In this document: positions 8,453 through 11,487 of the stretch, in pieces | Layout of the letters: each line of letters opens with the position of its first letter | Numbering within the stretch: position 1 is the first letter of the stretch | From: Pseudomonadota bacterium | GTDB taxonomy: Bacteria; UBA10199; 2-02-FULL-44-16; JAAZCA01 | DNA length: 11,487 bases | Reading direction: 5' to 3' | Assembly (NCBI GenBank): GCA_043822785.1 | Contig: JBDRBN010000136.1 | Span: forward strand, 1-11,487 | Translations under genes and position numbers: made by a program | Notes under the pieces: model-generated | Seen by the model: only the letters and a program-made list of their open reading frames with translations | Databases searched by the model: none | Told to the model about the DNA's origin: nothing

Positions 8453-8538
8453 TTGTCATCGCGAGCCCGCGCTATCGGGCGTGGCTATCCCCATGGCTTG
8501 AGGGGATTGCTTCGTCGCTACGCTTCCCGCAATGACAA
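8453..8538. repeat. REP-like nested palindromic element, copy 2
   Basis: TTGTCATCGCGAG ... GTGGCTATCCCC / GGGGATTGCTTCG ... CCCGCAATGACAA. Same architecture as 32-117, sharing GGGGATTGCTTCG and CGCAATGACA. Confidence 0.8.
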
Positions 8539-8548
8539 CTTAAGACAC

Positions 8549-8575
8549 GTTGCTTGCGTTGCTTGCATTGCTTGC
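8549..8575. repeat. 9-bp tandem repeat x3 (GTTGCTTGC), inverted orientation of the GCAAGCAAC family
   Basis: GTTGCTTGC GTTGCTTGC ATTGCTTGC. Forward-orientation partial units CAAC GCCAGCAAG GCCAGC are at 8430-8448. Confidence 0.8.
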
Positions 8576-8581
8576 TATATT
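8554..8581 (+). promoter_or_regulatory. Putative sigma70 extended -10 promoter for yggS (leaderless-type)
   Basis: TTGCGT (8554-8559), 16 nt, TATATT (8576-8581) preceded by TG at 8573-8574, then 7 nt to the ATG at 8589. No clear Shine-Dalgarno sequence. Confidence 0.55.
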
Positions 8582-8588
8582 GAGCGCA

Positions 8589-9284
8589 ATGACCTCCATA
8601 GCTGATAATCTGCGATTAGTGAAAGACCGCATAGCCGAGGCCGCACTACGCGCAGGGCGTGAGTCTAGCTCAATTAGGCTGGTTGCAGTCACCAAGAAAA
8701 AGCCTAGCTCGTTGATAAGGGAGGCCTATGAAGCTGGGCAGGCCATCTTTGGAGAGAACTACGCACAGGAGATGCGCGACAAGGCAGCAGAACTTAGCGA
8801 CCTTAACATCAAATGGCACTTCATAGGCCATCTGCAAAAGAACAAGGCAAAGTACGTGGCGCCGTGCGCTTCTATGGTGGAGGCCGTTGATTCATTGGAG
8901 ATCGCAGAGGCTCTAAGCCAAAAGATAGCCAAGATCGAAGGATCAAAGACGCTCGAATGTCTAATAGAAGTTAACATCGGAGATGAATTTTCAAAATCAG
9001 GAGTTTTGCCAGAAAACGCAGGCGCTCTTGCACGCGAGATTGGCTGTATAGACAACTTAACCCTAAAAGGGCTGATGATCATCCCACCCTATGATCCAGA
9101 TCCAGAAAAGAGCCGCCCGTATTTTAGAAAACTTCGAGAATTGATGGAAAAAATAAATTCGAGCGCAAACCTTACTCATCCGCTCACCGAGCTATCCATG
9201 GGCATGAGCCATGATTATGAAGTGGCCATAGCAGAAGGCGCCACCATCGTGCGCATAGGAACCGCGATATTTGGGGAGAGGTGA
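8589..9284 (+). CDS. yggS: YggS/PLPBP family pyridoxal phosphate homeostasis protein
   Basis: Motifs LVAVTK (PLP lysine), FGENYAQE, WHFIGHLQKNK, IEVNIG..SKSG, LKGLM, LSMGMSHD and VRIGTAIFGER. Start set at ATG 8589 (MTSIADNL, 231 aa) because the upstream LALLALLA extension is translated 9-bp repeat. Confidence 0.96.
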   Translation: MTSIADNLRLVKDRIAEAALRAGRESSSIRLVAVTKKKPSSLIREAYEAGQAIFGENYAQEMRDKAAELSDLNIKWHFIGHLQKNKAKYVAPCASMVEAVDSLEIAEALSQKIAKIEGSKTLECLIEVNIGDEFSKSGVLPENAGALAREIGCIDNLTLKGLMIIPPYDPDPEKSRPYFRKLRELMEKINSSANLTHPLTELSMGMSHDYEVAIAEGATIVRIGTAIFGER

Positions 9285-9304
9285 GGCGCGGGTGTAGATT
9301 TTTA

Positions 9305-9339
9305 TTGCATTTTTAATTAAATTAATTAAACTAATTAAT
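9305..9339 (+). promoter_or_regulatory. Putative promoter and operator of the Phd-MNT/HEPN module
   Basis: TTGCAT (9305-9310), 16 nt, TAAACT (9327-9332), 7 nt, ATG 9340. Overlaid by TAATTAA at 9314, 9323 and 9332 (9-bp period). The first two are full TTAATTAA palindromes. Confidence 0.65.
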
Positions 9340-9822
9340 ATGTCAGAAACTATACGTAAAATAACGGCTTTTGAGGCACGGACTCACCTCGGCGAACTCT
9401 TGGATTACGTGCGCTATTCTAAGAAGCCGTGCCTTGTAGAACGTCACGGTAAGCCTATAGCGGCATTGATCGATATCGAGACGTTTGAACGTCAGGCAGT
9501 GCAGAGTCAATATGAGGAGTGGATTTCGCAAGCAGTCGAACAGATTAAAACTCATTATCAACCGATCAAGATTATTCTTTTCGGTTCTGCAGCTGCAGGG
9601 CAGATAAAAGACGGAAGCGATATCGATCTTTTGATTATAAAAGAGACAGATAAGCGAAAACTCGACCGCATGGATGAAGTGATTGACCTTCTGGATCTAG
9701 AAATACCCATCGAAGCACACGTTTTCACTCCAAAAGAGATCGAAGAGCGAATCAAACTACATGATTTTTTTATCAAGGAAATACTAAATTCAGGACAAGT
9801 GCTTTATGAAAAAAAAGAATAA
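9340..9822 (+). CDS. Phd/YefM-type antitoxin DNA-binding domain fused to a minimal nucleotidyltransferase (MNT) domain
   Basis: N-terminus KITAFEARTHLGELLDYVRYSKKPCLVERHGKPIAALIDIETFE matches the Phd/YefM pattern. C-terminus KIILFGS-AAAGQIKDGS-DIDLLII is the GS-X10-DXD Pol-beta-like MNT motif, followed by VFTPKEIE...FIKEILNSGQVLYE. Confidence 0.88.
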   Translation: MSETIRKITAFEARTHLGELLDYVRYSKKPCLVERHGKPIAALIDIETFERQAVQSQYEEWISQAVEQIKTHYQPIKIILFGSAAAGQIKDGSDIDLLIIKETDKRKLDRMDEVIDLLDLEIPIEAHVFTPKEIEERIKLHDFFIKEILNSGQVLYEKKE

Positions 9823-10198
9823 GAAGCTCGCCACCGAGTGGTTGGATAGAGCTAAAAGCGATCTTCAATATGCAGCTGCCGGCGAAAAAGAAACAGAGCA
9901 ACACCATATAACCTGTTTTCTCTGTCACCAGGCCGTGGAAAAAGCGCTCAAGGGACTTGCTGTCCTTGTCAATAAGACCCCGAAGAAAACGCACAACCTT
10001 GGCCTGCTCATGTCAGAAGCGATATCAGAATACAAATCTTTTCTCGCCCTTCAAAAAGATGTGCGCAGACTTGATAAATACTATATTCCTGCACGATATC
10101 CAGACGATATGGTATTTGAATTTGCCAAGGAAGACGCCCAGAATGCACTTACCATTGCAAAACACGTGATCGATCTAGCCAAAACTGAAATTGAATAA
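9806..10198 (+). CDS. HEPN domain protein
   Basis: 130 aa with WLDRAKSDL, CFLCHQAVEKALKG, PKKTHNL and YYIPARYP, typical of MNT-associated HEPN proteins. Overlaps the upstream MNT gene by 17 nt. Confidence 0.9.
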   Translation: MKKKNKKLATEWLDRAKSDLQYAAAGEKETEQHHITCFLCHQAVEKALKGLAVLVNKTPKKTHNLGLLMSEAISEYKSFLALQKDVRRLDKYYIPARYPDDMVFEFAKEDAQNALTIAKHVIDLAKTEIE

Positions 10199-10217
10199 AT
10201 ACGCGAACAAAGCTGAT

Positions 10218-11270
10218 TTAGGGAACTGCGTTATTCCTAGACCTACTAGCGTTGGCCTTTGCGCACTCATCTTTATCAAATGTGAGCAGACAGATCTTCT
10301 CTAACGCGGATGTGAAATTTGGCCAAATCGAGGCTGCTTTTCTGAAGTGGGAAAGCGACGTGGTTGCATCTTTGCGCAACATGTAATGCAGTCCCAAAGC
10401 GAATTGCGCTAATGCATTGTGCGGAGCTATGGATTCAACGTTTTTCAGAGGTATTGTTGGAGCTGCACTCATGCTCATACTGTTTGCATCCGGCACCATG
10501 CTCTTGTTCAGCAGATATGTCGCAAACATATCTGCTTCTGTATCAACATAGTATTCCTGATAAGGGGCAGTTGCTTGCACCGAATCAATCTGAATGTCTG
10601 CAAAATATCTCTTACCTTTTGCAGCATCCACAATCATCATCGCTACATGCGGAACTTCACTTCCATCAATATCCTGCTGAGGAATCGATATAGGGTATGT
10701 ATTTAGCCCCATCCTCATTGCAACGGCATAGTAGAGCACTTGAAATTCGCTGCAGCGCACAAAGCCGCGATCCATGGCAAGATTTATATCTGCTTCAGAC
10801 TGATTGTGATTGCGGAAGACAAGTTCCAAACCTCCTCTGGCCTTTGGCGCGCGCAGCGCCTTAAGGATTGCATTTGCCTTTATGAATATTTTATCAGCCT
10901 TGGCATTTGCCTTGATCTCTTTTGTTACCTGCAGAGAGATGTTGTTCACGAGGTTCTCGATGATGGCTTCATGCTTTGCATCCAAAATCCACGGCTTGTC
11001 CGTGCTAAATTTTTTTGAAAATATTGCGGAGGCCTGTTTTTGATGAGATGGAGGAAGCGTCATTTTGAGATAGGCTTGATAAATTTCCACCGCATCAAGC
11101 TTTCCATCAGCTCCGCTTATACGAGGAAGGGCTCCTTTGCTTGAATAATCTATTCTCGTTTCACCACAATCAAATGTCGATGAAGCGCGGCCCAGGCCTG
11201 CAGACATAAGATCACAGAGCTTTGCTGCAGAGGAATCATTCGACTTCAATGTGTCGCATAAGATTGTCAT
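10218..11270 (-). CDS. Hypothetical protein with a putative transglutaminase-like (Cys-His-Asp) domain and a C-terminal TPR-like repeat
   Basis: 350-aa ORF. GFVRC173SEFQVLYYAVAMRMGL ... PH208VAMMI ... YFAD225IQ resembles a transglutaminase-like core. PHNALAQFALGLHYMLRKDATTSLSHFRKAASIWPNF fits the TPR consensus. Confidence 0.65.
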   Translation of the reverse strand: MTILCDTLKSNDSSAAKLCDLMSAGLGRASSTFDCGETRIDYSSKGALPRISGADGKLDAVEIYQAYLKMTLPPSHQKQASAIFSKKFSTDKPWILDAKHEAIIENLVNNISLQVTKEIKANAKADKIFIKANAILKALRAPKARGGLELVFRNHNQSEADINLAMDRGFVRCSEFQVLYYAVAMRMGLNTYPISIPQQDIDGSEVPHVAMMIVDAAKGKRYFADIQIDSVQATAPYQEYYVDTEADMFATYLLNKSMVPDANSMSMSAAPTIPLKNVESIAPHNALAQFALGLHYMLRKDATTSLSHFRKAASIWPNFTSALEKICLLTFDKDECAKANASRSRNNAVP

Positions 11271-11350
11271 GATTTTGACGTATTTATCATTTTGTGTGTC
11301 ACTGTCTTATCGATAAATCACTAAATAAGTTGCTCAAAAAATAGCCCTAA

Positions 11351-11487
11351 GTCATGTACCCCCGGCAGAGCCGGGGGCTTGAAAAACCGTGAACCGCTCA
11401 AAGCGGTTAAAACCTACCGAAACATATTCAGCTGATCGAGCCGTTGGTCTTCCTTTTCCTGATTCCTTATGTATTCGCGTACTGCGT
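11351..11487 (-). mobile_element. Right end of an IS200/IS605-family insertion sequence (truncated by the window edge)
   Basis: The tnpA 3' end is followed by two subterminal hairpins, AACCGCT-caa-AGCGGTT (11392-11408) and CCCCCGGC-aga-GCCGGGGG (11359-11377). The minus strand then reads ...TACATGAC. The exact end (~11351) is inferred. Confidence 0.8.
11414..11487 (-). CDS. tnpA: IS200/IS605-family Y1 (HUH) transposase, C-terminal fragment
   Basis: Manual translation of the minus strand gives ...AVREYIRNQEKEDQRLDQLNMFR*. This contains the YIxxQ catalytic-tyrosine motif and the EDQRLDQL tail characteristic of IS200-type TnpA. It is absent from the ORF track because it is partial. Confidence 0.85.
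   Translation of the reverse strand, partial: AVREYIRNQEKEDQRLDQLNMFR

Noticed and set aside
8186..8501. Short ORFs 8186..8404 (-) and 8277..8501 (+) in the divergent spacer
   Set aside because: They run through palindromic repeats and the promoter, show no protein motifs, and one overlaps the lipoprotein gene out of frame.
8550..8588. Signal-peptide-like N-terminal extension of YggS (MLALLALLAILSA)
   Set aside because: It is the translation of the 9-bp repeat from a TTG codon. YggS is a cytoplasmic family and the homology starts at MTSIADNL (8589).
11359..11377. GC-rich hairpin as a Rho-independent terminator
   Set aside because: It has no convincing U-tract on either strand, and its position after tnpA fits an IS200-family subterminal hairpin.

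Overview
Bacterial genomic window; the gene set and protein styles suggest a diderm, possibly deltaproteobacteria-like or Myxococcota-like (inference only). From 8271 down to 168 there is a minus-strand run of seven genes: a lipoprotein, mlaE, mlaF, mlaD, then prkA/yeaG, yeaH and spoVR. Divergent from it on the plus strand are yggS and a two-gene module encoding a Phd/YefM-MNT nucleotidyltransferase fusion plus a HEPN protein. That module has a triple TAATTAA operator-like array over its promoter. Converging on it is a 350-aa transglutaminase-like/TPR protein, and the window ends in the 3' end of an IS200/IS605-family transposase with its hairpins. The intergenic DNA is highly structured: two GTCATTGCGAG-type REP-like palindromes, a 104-bp double-hairpin quasi-palindrome, a 9-bp inverted tandem repeat family at three spacers, and heptamer repeats. 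Three genes have sigma70-like promoters ending 7-8 nt before an ATG with no Shine-Dalgarno sequence, suggesting leaderless mRNAs.
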